Source of the DNA: Sminthopsis crassicaudata | Lineage: Eukaryota | DNA: 64,000 nucleotides | Reading direction: 5' to 3' | NCBI RefSeq assembly: GCF_048593235.1 | Contig: NC_133617.1 | Span: forward strand, 71,260,937 to 71,324,936 | Part shown: one piece after another, positions 26,101 to 47,019 of the stretch | Position numbering within the stretch: the first letter of the stretch is position 1 | Layout: each line of letters begins with the position of its first letter | The notes under the pieces: generated by a model | What the model was told of the DNA's origin: nothing | Database searches by the model: none | Seen by the model: only the letters and a program-made list of their open reading frames with translations | Position numbers and translations under genes: made by a program

Positions 26101-26915
26101 TTTTTTAAATTAATTTTATAATTATAACTTTTTTGACAATACATATGCATAGGTAATGCAATGGCAGGCATTCCCATACATATTAAATATGTTATAGTAT
26201 ATCCTAGGTACGATATACATGTGCAGAACCGAATTTTGTTGTTGTTGTTGTTGCAAAGGAAGGATTGGATTCAGAAGGTATAAATAACCAAAAATGCTCA
26301 CAGTTTACACTCATTTCCCAGAGTTCCTTCTCTGGGTGTAGCTGATTCTGTCCATCACTGATCAATTGGAATTGGAATAGCTCTTCCCTATGTTGAAGAC
26401 ATCCACTTCCATCAGAATACATCCTCATACAGTTGAAGTGTATAACGATCTCCTAGTTCTGCTCGTTTCACTCAGCATCAGTTGATGTAAGTCTCTCCAA
26501 ACCTCTCTGAAATCATCCTGTTGGTCATTTCTTACAGAGCAATAATATTCCATAACATTCATATACCATAATTTACCCAACCATTCTCCAATTGATGGAC
26601 ATCCATTCATTTTCCAGTTTCTAGCCACGACAAAAAGAGCTGCCACGAACATTTTGGCACATACAGCTCCCTTTCCGCTCTTTATTATTTCTTTGGGATA
26701 TAAGCCCAGTAGTAGCACTGCTGGGTCAAAGGGTATGCACAGTTTGATAACTTTTTGGGCATAGTTCCAAGTCACTCTCTAGAATGGCTGGATTCTTTCA
26801 CAACTCCACCAACAATGCACCAGTGTCCCAGTTTTCCCACAGCCCCTCCAACATTCATCATTATTTGTTCCTGTCATCTTAGCCAATCTGACAGGTGTGT
26901 AGTGGTATCTCAGAG
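26101..26915 (-). mobile_element. 5'-truncated young L1 with TSD
   Basis: TSD CACTATATTTCTT at 26088-26100 and 26916-26928. Carries an ORF2 C-terminal remnant (KLCIPFDPAVLLLGLYPKE). Confidence 0.88.
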
Positions 26916-28239
26916 CACTATATTTCTTAAAGTCAGGACTTCTGACTTATGAGTCCTTTGGCCTTTCCTTTGTCCTTCAGATTACTTGAGCAGAAGCCAA
27001 AAGGACTGCTGAGGAAAGGGCCTGGGGGCCATTAACTCCAACTCCCACCCTCATGCTTCGGGATGTCACGTCACAGGCTTGTTGCTCAAGCACAGTAGCG
27101 TCTGCATGCACCCAGGATTTGAGATCATGCAGGGGCTCCCCTACTCTTCCTTTCCTTCCAGGCTTGCCTCACCTTAATATTCCTTTTCTTACCTGCCAGC
27201 AAAACTGGATTGTTTGCTAAGCCTTATATAAACAGTTTACACTTGCTTGCAACTTTGGTCATAGTATATTCTATCTCAGATGTCCCTCCCCCCTCCGCAC
27301 CCCCATCTTCACTTTCAGAGACCTAGCATCTTCCAAATCCAAGTCCGGGTGACTCTCCATTAACCGCTCCCGATTTCTTCTGATTGGCTCTTCCTTCTTC
27401 GCCCTCATTACCGTTAAATAGAAAAACTTCAGTCAAGACTTGCCTAAGCTTTGAAATCCGGTAATTCTCCATTTATTGTGTGTTTACATTTCCAGTCCTG
27501 AGTCTTCACCCGTCCTCCCCCGGACCGGCTCCCCTAGATTTAAACACTCCTCCTTAACAAACCCATTCCTCCAGGTGTTGTCTTTCCCAGTTACAAGGCC
27601 CCGGAGGGCAGAGATTGTAGCTTTTTGCATACTTAGCGCTGCAGTTAAACCCCCGCCGTGCGCCGGGGAGAAAGAGCACCTGTGTAACGGATGTTAGAGA
27701 GGTAGAAAGGGAGGGGCCTGGCGCTGCTTGTAGGGAGGAGGCGAGAACGTGGGGCTGAGGTCGGCGCCAGGTTCCGGATGATTGGGAAGATGATTCCCGG
27801 GGCAGTGACCGCGAATCGGGAGGAAGAAAGGGACCATCGGGGAAGGCAGATAATGAGTTCAGTTTCACCCGGTTGGGTTTAAAAGGGAGCTCGGGACCCT
27901 GAGACATTAACTGAATCCATGAAAGCCGAGGGTCTACAGTATAGTAAGTACCTGGTAAGTACTTAATGGTTGATTTTCATTCCTTTCTAGGTTCTCTCTG
28001 CTAGGAAAAAAAGCTCACTGAGGCCGCGGCCTCCTTTTCTGTCCCGTGCGGAGTCGGTTTAGTGGACTGTATATAGGCATTTAATAAAGGCTCACTGACT
28101 GAATGGGGCCACGTGGCCTTAGAGCAGGCTGGACCTGGAGGAAACAGCTCTAGCTAGGGGTGTAGTCGTATCCCACAATAACGAACGTTTGTATGCACAA
28201 CCGCTTAGGAGTTGCAAGTTTTATTCTCTTTCTCGCTAG

Positions 28240-29720
28240 GCGGAATCCCGAGCTCAGAGAGGCTCTCCGCGCCTCGGACCCCTCAGCTAAAGCGCCCGAA
28301 GGAGGCCTCGTCCTATAAGTAAATCGCTCGTGGCTGCCCGAGGCCGTCCGCGTCCGGCGGGGTGGGTGGGTGCAGATTTGGAGGGAACTTAGAAAGACCG
28401 ACTCAATAAAAGCTCAGTCTACTTTATTACTGAGAGAGAAACCGAAGCTCCGACAGGCTGAAGCAGAGGGGCGGTCTGAGACGGAGGAACGAATCTCAGA
28501 GGTCTCCACCCCTCTAGGGAAGGCGCTGAGGTGGGAGGAGCAGCTGAGCTCACCCAGAGAAAGGGTGTTGCTTCCCAGAATCCTTTGCCCGGAAGCCGCC
28601 GGGAGGGAGGGCTTTGCGCGGGGTCCGAAGCCTTCCCAGCCTCCTTTGCGCGGCACCTGGTCACAAAATGGCGGCCCGAGGGAGACGGGCGGAGCCTGCG
28701 GGCCGGGAGCCGTCGGGCCCCGCGGGCGGCGGCGCTGGCGGAGGCGGCGGGAGCCGGTGGCCCGGGCCGGGTGGCGCCGGGGCCGAGTCCGGAGCGGGCT
28801 CGGGAGCCGGGGAAGAGGAGGAGGACGCGGCGGCGGCGTCGGGCCCGGCCTCGGGGGGCGTGAACCTATTCGCCAACGACGGCAGCTTCCTGGAGCTGTT
28901 CAAGCGGAAGATGGAGGAGGAGGAGGAGCGGCGGCGGCAGCGGCAGCAGCAGCAGAGTCCGGACGAGCCGCCCGCGCCCCCGGGGGCCGCCGCCCCTGCC
29001 GCCGCCCCTGCTGGCGGCGGCGAGCCGAAGAAGAGGAGCGGGCCCGGCCCGGCGGCGCTCAGCTTCGTAAGGAGCCGCCGCCCGCGGGAGGGCGGGACGG
29101 GCCGCGCCGCGCCGCCGGGACAGACAGACAGACCGAGAGACAGACAGAGGGAGGGCCCATCCCGGGAGCGGGGGAGGGCAGATCGGGCGCCGCCGCCGCC
29201 GAGGGCCCCGTAGCACGGGCCTCCCCTCGGGCGGGGGCACTGTGCGGGTCGGGCCAGGATGGGATGGGGCCGTCGCTCCCAGCGCTTCCCTTCCCCGCCT
29301 TTTAAATCGGCTGCTGCCGGACCGGGGCCCCGCTTGCGTCGTCATCCTCAGCCCCCGAAATTTGACCTTTGCTACCAAGCCTGCTCTGGATGGAAGGGGG
29401 CGGGACGGGCGGGTGCGTGCCGCGGCTGGCGAGGCTGTGGAAGGGACTCGGGCCGGGAAGGGAGACGTCCTCAGAAAGATGCGCGCGAACCCGGCAGACT
29501 GATGCCGAGACCTCAGACGCTGGAGCTGCGGCCTCCACGGCTCTCCGAGGCTGGCCATTGAGATGACCAAGTGGTGCGAACCTCGGTGGCTAGCCGTGGG
29601 GATCGGGGGATGTGGCTGGGGTCCGCGGGAGGTAGTGGGAGCCAGGCTTATCATCCGGCTCGCTGCCCTGCCGGGGCTGACTGAGCAGGTTCGGGCTGCA
29701 TCGTCCTGAGAAGTCCCTTG
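28240..29720 (+). promoter_or_regulatory. CpG-island promoter of TRIR
   Basis: Very high CpG/GC content. YY1-type AAAATGGCGGC overlaps the start codon. Confidence 0.75.
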
Positions 29721-30354
29721 TGCTCCTCTCTGATTGCTGCGTAGGTTGGCCAGGCTGGGCACGGCTTGGTACTACACGACAGGCATGAGGAGCTAAGATG
29801 ATCTAAGGCCAGGACTCCCTGTCCCGTTGTGTAGTGGGCTACATGGCCGCCAGGGCAGCCCCCAGGGCTCCTATAATGGTTGCAGTCTTCTATCCCTTCA
29901 CCCAGGTGGGCAAGCGGAGAGGCGGGAACAAGCTAGCCCTCAAGACAGGAATAGTAGCCAAGAAGCAGAAGACGGAGGATGAGGTGAGTGCCTGCTGCCT
30001 GTGTAGTTTGGGGGGAGGGAAGGGGGGGGGGCCTTTTCCCTTCTAGGAGAATAGGACTGGCTGGCTCCAGTCTCCACAAAGTGCAGACTTCAGGGCTAGA
30101 AACACTGGGCTGCTGTGAACCTGGCTGCTGATCTAGTGGCCCAGGGTCTAAGGCCTAGGAGGAGAGCTGGGCTTTGGACATCCTGAAGCTCCTGGTTTTC
30201 TAGACCTCATGCTCTCCTATGCCTGTCTTCCCCCTTTTGTCCCCAGGTTATGACAAGTAAAGGAGACGCTTGGGCCAAGTACATGGCGGAAGTGAAAAAA
30301 TACAAGGCACATCAGTGCAGTGATGATGACAAAACCCGGCCCCTGGTGAAATAA
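28668..30354 (+). CDS. TRIR: TRIR (C19orf43), telomerase RNA component-interacting RNase, 194 aa
   Basis: Exons 28668-29066, 29906-29983, 30247-30354, all phase 0 and GT-AG. Motifs NLFANDGSFLELFKRKME and KGDAWAKYMAEVKKYKAHQCSDDDKTRPLVK. Candidate polyA signals ATTAAA 30673 and AATAAA 32025. Confidence 0.96.
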
Positions 30355-33300
30355 CTCTTTCCGCCAAGGACTTTCTGCATTGTACATACTTATTTAACGC
30401 AGCAAAAGAACAATAGCATTTTCACCAAGGACTCAAAACACAGAAGACAAACTTGTAGCTTTCTGGCGCCAGCGGATGATTCTTCAAGACTTTTTATACC
30501 TTGAGCACTTGACTTCTGAGACTTATTAGTATGTGGTTTACTGTTTCGATCTTTTTCCTCCCTACCACCCTCCTTTTCCAATCCTTCATCCACCCTTCCC
30601 TTTCTTCCTCATCACTTCTGGGAAGTAAAGAACTCAACTAAATAGTTGGAGGATTTTTGTTTCTTCTTTTTAATTAAAAAGACAGGTTAGGAAATTGAGA
30701 AATGACTTCTCCCTGAGTTGTACCCAAGTCCGGTATTGGTGCTGCCATCTTTTCTAAGGGTCTCTCTGGTTTGATATGCAATAGCATCTTTTGGGGAAAT
30801 CCATTTTTGTCCTCTGGGTATGGGAAGGGCTTGTCAGAAACATCTCCCCTTCTGGAGATGGGGCTAGTGGGTTTTATTGGAGTTCTTAGTGGCTCCCCTT
30901 TTATTTCATCCTGTAATATATTGGGCTCTTGTAGTCTGGGTGGTACTGGCAGGTGGCACTGGACTTTGGAGCTCAAAGGAGTTTGACATGTTTCTCACTT
31001 TTTCTGTAGACTAATCTCCTCTGCCCAGGTGCCCCTGTGACATTTGTCTGCCTAAGTCTTTTATTTCTCTCTCCCTGCAGATATGCTTATCCCCTTCTCT
31101 GGGGCCCCTTTGAATTCTTATGACCTTCAAAGGGAGTTCCAACATCAGAGATTTCTATTGTAACTGGTTGGCCTGCTGTGAGGCCAATATCTGTGCCAAC
31201 CCCCTCACCTTCAGGGCAAGCAAGACTCTTCTAAACTCATTTAAAAAAAAATAACGGTGTCCACATGCCCTAAATCCAGGTATCCATGTTCCCCTTTACC
31301 CCCAGCCCACACCACACTTAAACCTCTGGCTTGCCCCATTGCATCCCCTTCACCAGTGTAATGCTTTTGAGTATGTATTTTCCTCTGAAGAACGTTCTTG
31401 TCTAAGGCCATGCTTCAGGGATACCTCAAATTTAACTTTCTGATTTTTGCCTTTATTGGAACTATTCCCCTTTGGCCTATATTTAGGTGCCTGGGGAAAT
31501 GTGGTGGGGCAAGTGTTTTCTGTGTATTCTAATGGGAAAATGTTGAAGGGATAGTTCCTTTGATCCAGGGTGTCTCTTGCCCTTTGGCTAGGGAAAGCGA
31601 ACCTGACTGGGAAGTGAAGACTTCCCTTTGCCTCTGAATGATGTTTCTCTAATCCCAGTTTGATGCCCTAGGTAGCTTTGGGAGCAAGTTTTACCCCCAA
31701 AGGCTGGTTGGGGCTTTTGCTCCTTGTACTTTTCCTTTTTCTTTCCTCAAAGTCCCCTTCTCTCTCCCCCCTCCCATAGCATGGATGGTGCTTGTCCCTG
31801 GACAGTGAGGTAATGCTTCTGGGATGCAGGGGGGTGGTAAGAGGTGTAGTAGGGGTGTAGTTCCTACTCTCCTGTGGTGCTGCTCTGCTTGTCTGAATTT
31901 GGAGTAGCCATTGGTTACTTTGCCTTCTTCTGGCTCCCTTTCTCTACCCCACACATGTCCCTTTGTGTGGCTCCTTTCCCTTTCCCTAAGGAATTAATGT
32001 TTAAAAGTGCTGACTTTAAATGAAAATAAAAAAGTGATCTAAGAGCTGCCTGTATGTGTTCCTTCTGGAGGCAGCTTCTGACCCCTGCTTGGAGTCTCAG
32101 GCTTGAGATCACAGGCTCATAAATGTGGAGCTTGGAAGGGACCTTAGCGCCCACCTAGTCCAATCTAAATTTTAGGAAACTGTCTCTTTAAAAGATTGTA
32201 CAAGGTCACACTTTCACAAGAGGTAAAAAGTCTGCTTTTGAATCCAAAAAACACATTGACTAGCTTGTTCTTCCTGCTTTCATTTCTTAACTGCCAGGCC
32301 CCAGGGAGAATGAAGTCTGCTGATAACTTGGTGCCCTGGCAGCTGTTTTCTGGGAATGCCCTAGGCCCTATGAGAACCTGCATCCTAAATAGCCTTCACC
32401 AGCTGTGGATATGAGGCACTAGGCTTCTTGAACTCTGCCCTAAGTTCATCAGGAAAGTAATGGGATAAGATAGGATCTGAGCTCAGTGCAACACCCTGCA
32501 AGATCCTAGTCTTTACAGAGAAAACACTGCCCTGAGCTTGCTCAGAAGTGAAGAGTAACTATCCACTGTTTGAAGTGAGCCAAATTGTAGTCTTCCAAGA
32601 CATCCCTGTATCTGTGACCATCCTTTCTTAGGAAACCATTGGAATTTGGATTCTCATTCATTTTAGGTTTAATGTAACAGTAGGACTGAATGCCTCTGAA
32701 GGTTTTCTCCAACCCTGATTCCCATTGCAAACAGCACAGGGGGTCCCGTTTTATTTGCAACACATTTTATTGCTTATCTTTTACATGATCAGGGGCCCAG
32801 TTCATCTCTTCTACTGGAACTAGCCCAGAGATAATCATTAATGAAGCTCCTCTCTAGTCACCCTTCCCCTACATTGGGGGTAGCCTGGGAATACCCAAAA
32901 TGACCAGACAAGAGCCCCTGCCAGCAGAAAGGAGGGCTATGCCCTGGGATTGGGGGGAAGAGTCTTGTCTATGTTGAAGGCAGTAGTTCTCCTCTGGTGA
33001 GCCATTATGTGTGAAACCATGTCATGCTGCTTCCCTCTCTGCATCCCTGCTCCACAGAATTAGTTTAGCTTAAAAAAATAAACCCCAAACCTAAGGAACC
33101 CTGTTCCTCAAAGTAGGTCATACATGACCCCACTGTCCTCAGTACTAAACCAGGGGCTTTAAGGCAAGCAAGATTCAACCTGTCCAGGGAGTAAGGGAAG
33201 GACAGACGAATATCCCAATTCTATCTGCCCAGCTTTCAGGATTATGAAAGAACAGAGTAGAGATGTTTAGTGACCAAAGTTGACCCAACTTGGGAGGGAC

Positions 33301-33951
33301 CAGGATTCTGACCCAAAAAGGTATGTCTGGTTGAAGTGAGGTAGAAGAAGAGAGACTAAAGGTTCCTTTTCATGTCACCAGATGGTATAGGGGGCAGGTA
33401 ACAAGATCCAAAACATCAAGCTTGTTAGTAAGTTTTCTGATTATCATTATCTTACCAGCAAAACCCCAAGCAGAGAGGGAACCAAGGTAATCTGTTCCTC
33501 CCACACCCTTACCACCCCCATCCTACTGGGCTTTAGCTAGTGGACATAACTCCTGTAATCAGGATTTAAAAGGATTTTTCTCCCATCACCTTTAGGAGCA
33601 GCTCAGGTACTGGGGCTTCAGGACTCAATGTTATTGGGTGAGAAAAATTAGCTTTCAGGATCATCTTTAAAAACTCAGCAGTAAATGGGGATGGGGGAGG
33701 AAACTGTAGTTACTTAACCCCCCAAAAGTGAAACTGAGCTAGGGATGACATACTTAGTATGCACTTGGCCTGGCTCAGGCCAGGACACCCATGGAGCCAC
33801 AACCTCTTGAGTGGGCGCCGCCAAGTCAGGCTCAGGCATTCTTTGATATGTTCCCCAAATATGAAAAATGTCTAGCTCCAGTAGCTGCTGCTTTCCCCTT
33901 GGGGCTCACCTGAGTAGGCCTGGGGGACATGTTGGCTGCCAGGCTCCATAT

Positions 33952-36004
33952 TCAGCTTGTCTCATAGGAAGAAAGCAGGGCTGTGTCCACTGGCTCCATG
34001 CAAGAGGGACATGTGAGGGAGCGCATGAGCCAGTCATCAATGCAGTGGACGTGGTAGGTATGCAGGCATGGCAAGAAGCGTATGGCATCCCCATACACAA
34101 AGTCCAACATGCAGATCACACACCTACGGGGACCAGGGATGGATGAATGTAGCACCAGTTCTTACCCTCTTCTTCACCCACCCACAGCCCACCCCCTCTA
34201 TGCCCAGCATCTCAGCTCCGATTGCCACAGAAGCCTCCCCTTGAGTACCCAGACTTGAACTATACTGTTGACTGAAGAGACTAGGGCCTGCCTTCAAGGA
34301 TCTCAGCATGAGGGAGTCAAGGAATGGCAGACCTTGGCCTTGCTCTTGGGAATCTGGAGAAAACAGAAAAGTAGAAGATCCTGGCCCTGCCTTTTAGTTC
34401 ACAGTTTGGGACAGACCCAAAACCTGGAAGCTCATTAGGAGCTGTCAAACTTGAGGGACTGGAGTGAATTTAGATGAACTCCAAGAAAAACCCAGTTGGG
34501 ATTGAGCTCAAGGATATGGTCAAGATTAACATGGGTAGGTCTCGGGGCCTGGGTGTTTCCCAGACTTCCCTCCTAAAAAGAAAAAGAGTGAGAGCCTCAC
34601 TACTGAGGGACCTCAGGTTTCAGCTTCCAGGAGGACTGGGCTGCAACATTCCCTTCAGGAGCCGGGGGTATCCTTGTCCTGGTCCCCACCCTTACTCTTT
34701 CATTTTCTTTTCTGACCCCTCAGAGCCAGGGTCGAAGATGCCCTTGGGCAGGTGCTGGATGAGGCCAATTCTCTGGGCGATGAGGATCTGCTCCTCCTCT
34801 GTGAGCTGTGCGGCCAGTCTGCTCTGGCTCGGAGATGGGTGGTACACTGGGATTGGCTCCCGTCCCTGGGGGATGGGGACAGGATATTACATGGCAACTT
34901 GTCCCTGGGGAACTTCTCTTTCAACCTGCCTGTATCTAGTTCCCTATGGGGCTTGGCTTCAAGTGGTCTCGCTTTAAGGGATCTATGAGCCCTGTACCCT
35001 CTGCATCTCTTCTACTGTTTCCCAGGGATCCTAATCCCTCGAGTGCTCCACTTCTGAATGGGACCAAGACCTCCTTCCTCTATGTCACTACTGTCCTGCT
35101 GACTGCAATAAACTCCCCCATCTCTGTGACTGGATCTAGAGCAGGAGAGGCCCCAGAGATCATTTAAACCGACACTTTCGTTTTCTATAGAGGAAAACAG
35201 GGACACAGACTTAGCCAAGCTCACAGGGCTGGTAAACAGGCAGCGAGAATTCAGAAGATGTTCTGAATCCTTACTCCTCCTGCCTTATTCAATTATAGGG
35301 CTTCTGTGCTTCTCTTGTTCTGGGATTTCTAATCAGTCCCTCTAACCCCAGTCCCGACCTTGTCTGGTGTGGTAAATCCCAAAGGCCCCTCCTTTCCCAA
35401 CTCTATCATGTCCTTTACTCTGCAGGGTGAAAGCAGCTTCCAAAGGCTTTCTCTGACTACAGTACAGGGCGGGGTGGTGGGTGTCAGAGTACTACATCTC
35501 TGGGGGGGTGGGGGCAGGGGTGAGATGCTTGAGGTTCCCTATGCTTGGCCCTGCCTTGTTTTTCTGAGGAACTAGGCCGTTGGTCCCTGGAACTAGGCCA
35601 GTCTCTTCTGGGACAGGGGGTGGGCCACAGCAGTTGCTGGAGTTCTCTAGATCAAAGCTCTGCCTGGTCTCTCGGGAGTGAAGCGGACACAGGGATGCCC
35701 TGACCCCCAGGCCTGCCCTGCCCCTCCGGGGCCCTGGGGGTGACGGCAGAGGCCGGGTTCCTCTGTGCTCAGCCCTTCCCTGCCTCTCTGGGCCGCAGTG
35801 TCAGATGGGCCGGTTCCTCGATTCCTAGCCTGGTCTGTCCAGCGCGGTGCCCATCCTCTGGGAGGGTGGGGGCGGCGGCGGGTCCCCGGGGGAGCTGCTT
35901 CCCTCCCCATAGTCGTTGAGCAACGACAGAAGGTCGGTAACTCCGGTCCCCACCTCGTCCCCAGCCCTGATGCCGGACCGCTGAGAAGACAGGCAGTTCC
36001 CCAT
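33952..36004 (-). CDS. RNF11-like RING-H2 protein (intron-containing RNF11 paralogue); exon 1 donor uncertain
   Basis: Exon 1 starts at ATG 36004 (MGNCLSSQ...DLLSLLNDYGEG...PPPPPPSQ; RNF11-equivalent end at 35858). Exon 2 is 34865-34696 (170 nt, cag/gtaagg). Exon 3 is 34123-33952 (CVIC...CLHTYHVHC...CPSC...SSYETS*). Two AATAAA on the minus strand at 32771-32766 and 32755-32750. Confidence 0.85.
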
Positions 36005-36350
36005 GCCCGGCCCGGCCCACTCAGCGGCGGCCAGGGCCCCTCCTTCTAGGCTCCCAGGCCCCGGCGTCCGTTTCAGCTCCAGAGGCCCCGGACAGCCCGA
36101 GCCCCGCCATGGTCCCTCCACGGCCGCGGGGGCTCTGGGCCCAACTTGGACTCACCGCTGTTTACAATCCCAGACGGAAGTGCTGCAGCTCGCGGCGCAG
36201 AGGATCGCGGGGAATGTAGTTACCGGCGCTCTCGGGGAAGGGGCGTGAAACTGAGCGCTGAACTGAGCTCGTCATGCGCATGTGCACGCGCAGGTGAGGC
36301 GCCTCCCCTAGATTCCGTGCGGGCGGAGGTAGAGGGGCGGGAACCACGTG
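35700..36350 (-). promoter_or_regulatory. CpG-island promoter of the RNF11-like gene
   Basis: CpG-rich. ETS CGGAAGTG near 36175, ZNF143/THAP11-like ACTACATTCCC (-) near 36210-36221, NRF1-like TGCGCATGTGCA near 36275. Confidence 0.65.
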
Positions 36351-37479
36351 TTCTTGCTGACCCTGGACACTTAAGGTGATTTCAGAAGTGACCTGGGTCT
36401 TATATTATCATTATTCTTGAATCTTTCTTAACTCCCTTAAGTGATTGGGACTCCCAGCCTGGGACTGATCTCATGCTTTCATCCTGGTACCTTCCTCCCT
36501 ACCCCCATGCTGCGTGTAGGGCGTCCTAGCTTTGAGAAATATCTGTGGAAAGAATGAAGGCAAAAGCCTGAATCCCTGGATAGGACAGAAGGTCTTTCCC
36601 CTGCCCTGCCTCATTCTTATCATAACTGCCCTTTCACTGGAGCACGCAGGGCCTGGATCCCCGGTCCCGCCCTCGGCCTTGCCCTTCGGGGTCCTTGTAA
36701 ACCTAGCAGTCTCTGGGAAGCGAAGGCCTTCCTTGGACCTAGGCTGCAAAGCCCGGGCGGCCAGGGGAGCTCACAGGGTCTGACTAGAACCTCTTTTATT
36801 TAGGAGACACTAAAACTGAGGCGAGGGAGATCTTTATCTAAAGTTAGGCAACAGAGCAAGGATCTCAGGGTCTCTGACTTCACGTGGTTCTTAGCCCTCA
36901 CCGGGGAGTTGGAGGGAGTGCAGAGCAATGTTCCTGCTTCCTCTTGATGGCCCAAACAATGGAAATCCAGCAGGACCTCCTCTCCAAGCACAGCCACTTA
37001 GGGCGCCCAGGAGCCTCAATCCAAGATCCTCATATCTAGAGGTGCCACAAGGGGTCCCAGGCCACCCTGCCTCCCTCTCCCGTTCTGGCTGTCCTGCCAG
37101 GATAAACAGCATGGCTCAGTCCCTTCCCCCTCGGGCCTTTGTGTTTACTGTCCCCATCCTCCCCTACTTCCTAAACTCTGGAGCGTTTGATGGATCGAAG
37201 CAATTGGGGGAGGAGGAGAACCTTCCCACGGCTCTGGCTCTGCCCCCCAGGGTGAGGACACAGCCCAGAGAACAAACAACGTGCGAGCGACCTCTTGCAC
37301 CCGCCCTGGGGAAGGCCCGGGCACGGGACAGGAGGGTTTAGGGAGCCGGCGGCCCGGGGAGGATGGGTATGGGAAGAAGGGCTTGTACGCCGAGGAATCT
37401 GCAGCCACTTCCGCCACCTTATCTAGGAGGAAACAAGGCAGCTCGGGGACTTGGAGGCCAGCGTGGAAGAGGTGCCCAG

Positions 37480-46903
<9,424 letters not shown>

Positions 46904-46928
46904 GTGAAGCAGAGAGACCACGCACTAG

Positions 46929-47019
46929 GTAAATCCTGGGCCTCTGGGAACTGGGTGCCAAAACAGGAGCCAAGAGACCTGGGTGCTGACGCTTCTTCCC
47001 TCTACCTCCTTGTCCCCAG
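46929..47019 (+). other. Intron in the TNPO2 3' UTR
   Basis: Donor TAG/GTAAAT 25 nt after the stop codon; pyrimidine tract and CCCCAG acceptor at 47019. Confidence 0.7.

Noticed and set aside
21426-26775. ORFs of 120, 162 and 116 aa with recognisable protein-like sequence
   Set aside because: Fragments of L1 ORF2 in 5'-truncated copies, not host genes.
28370-29762. Overlapping 311-aa (+) and 298-aa (-) ORFs
   Set aside because: Shadow ORFs of the GC-rich TRIR CpG island: low complexity, non-ATG starts, no domain.
33952-34865. RNF11-like sequence as a processed pseudogene
   Set aside because: Introns are present at RNF11-equivalent positions with proper splice sites, and exons 2-3 have no stops or frameshifts.
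34871-34910. Alternative upstream acceptor (TTCCCCAG) for RNF11-like exon 2
   Set aside because: It would add 39 nt containing an in-frame TAA, so it cannot rescue the missing exon 1 donor.
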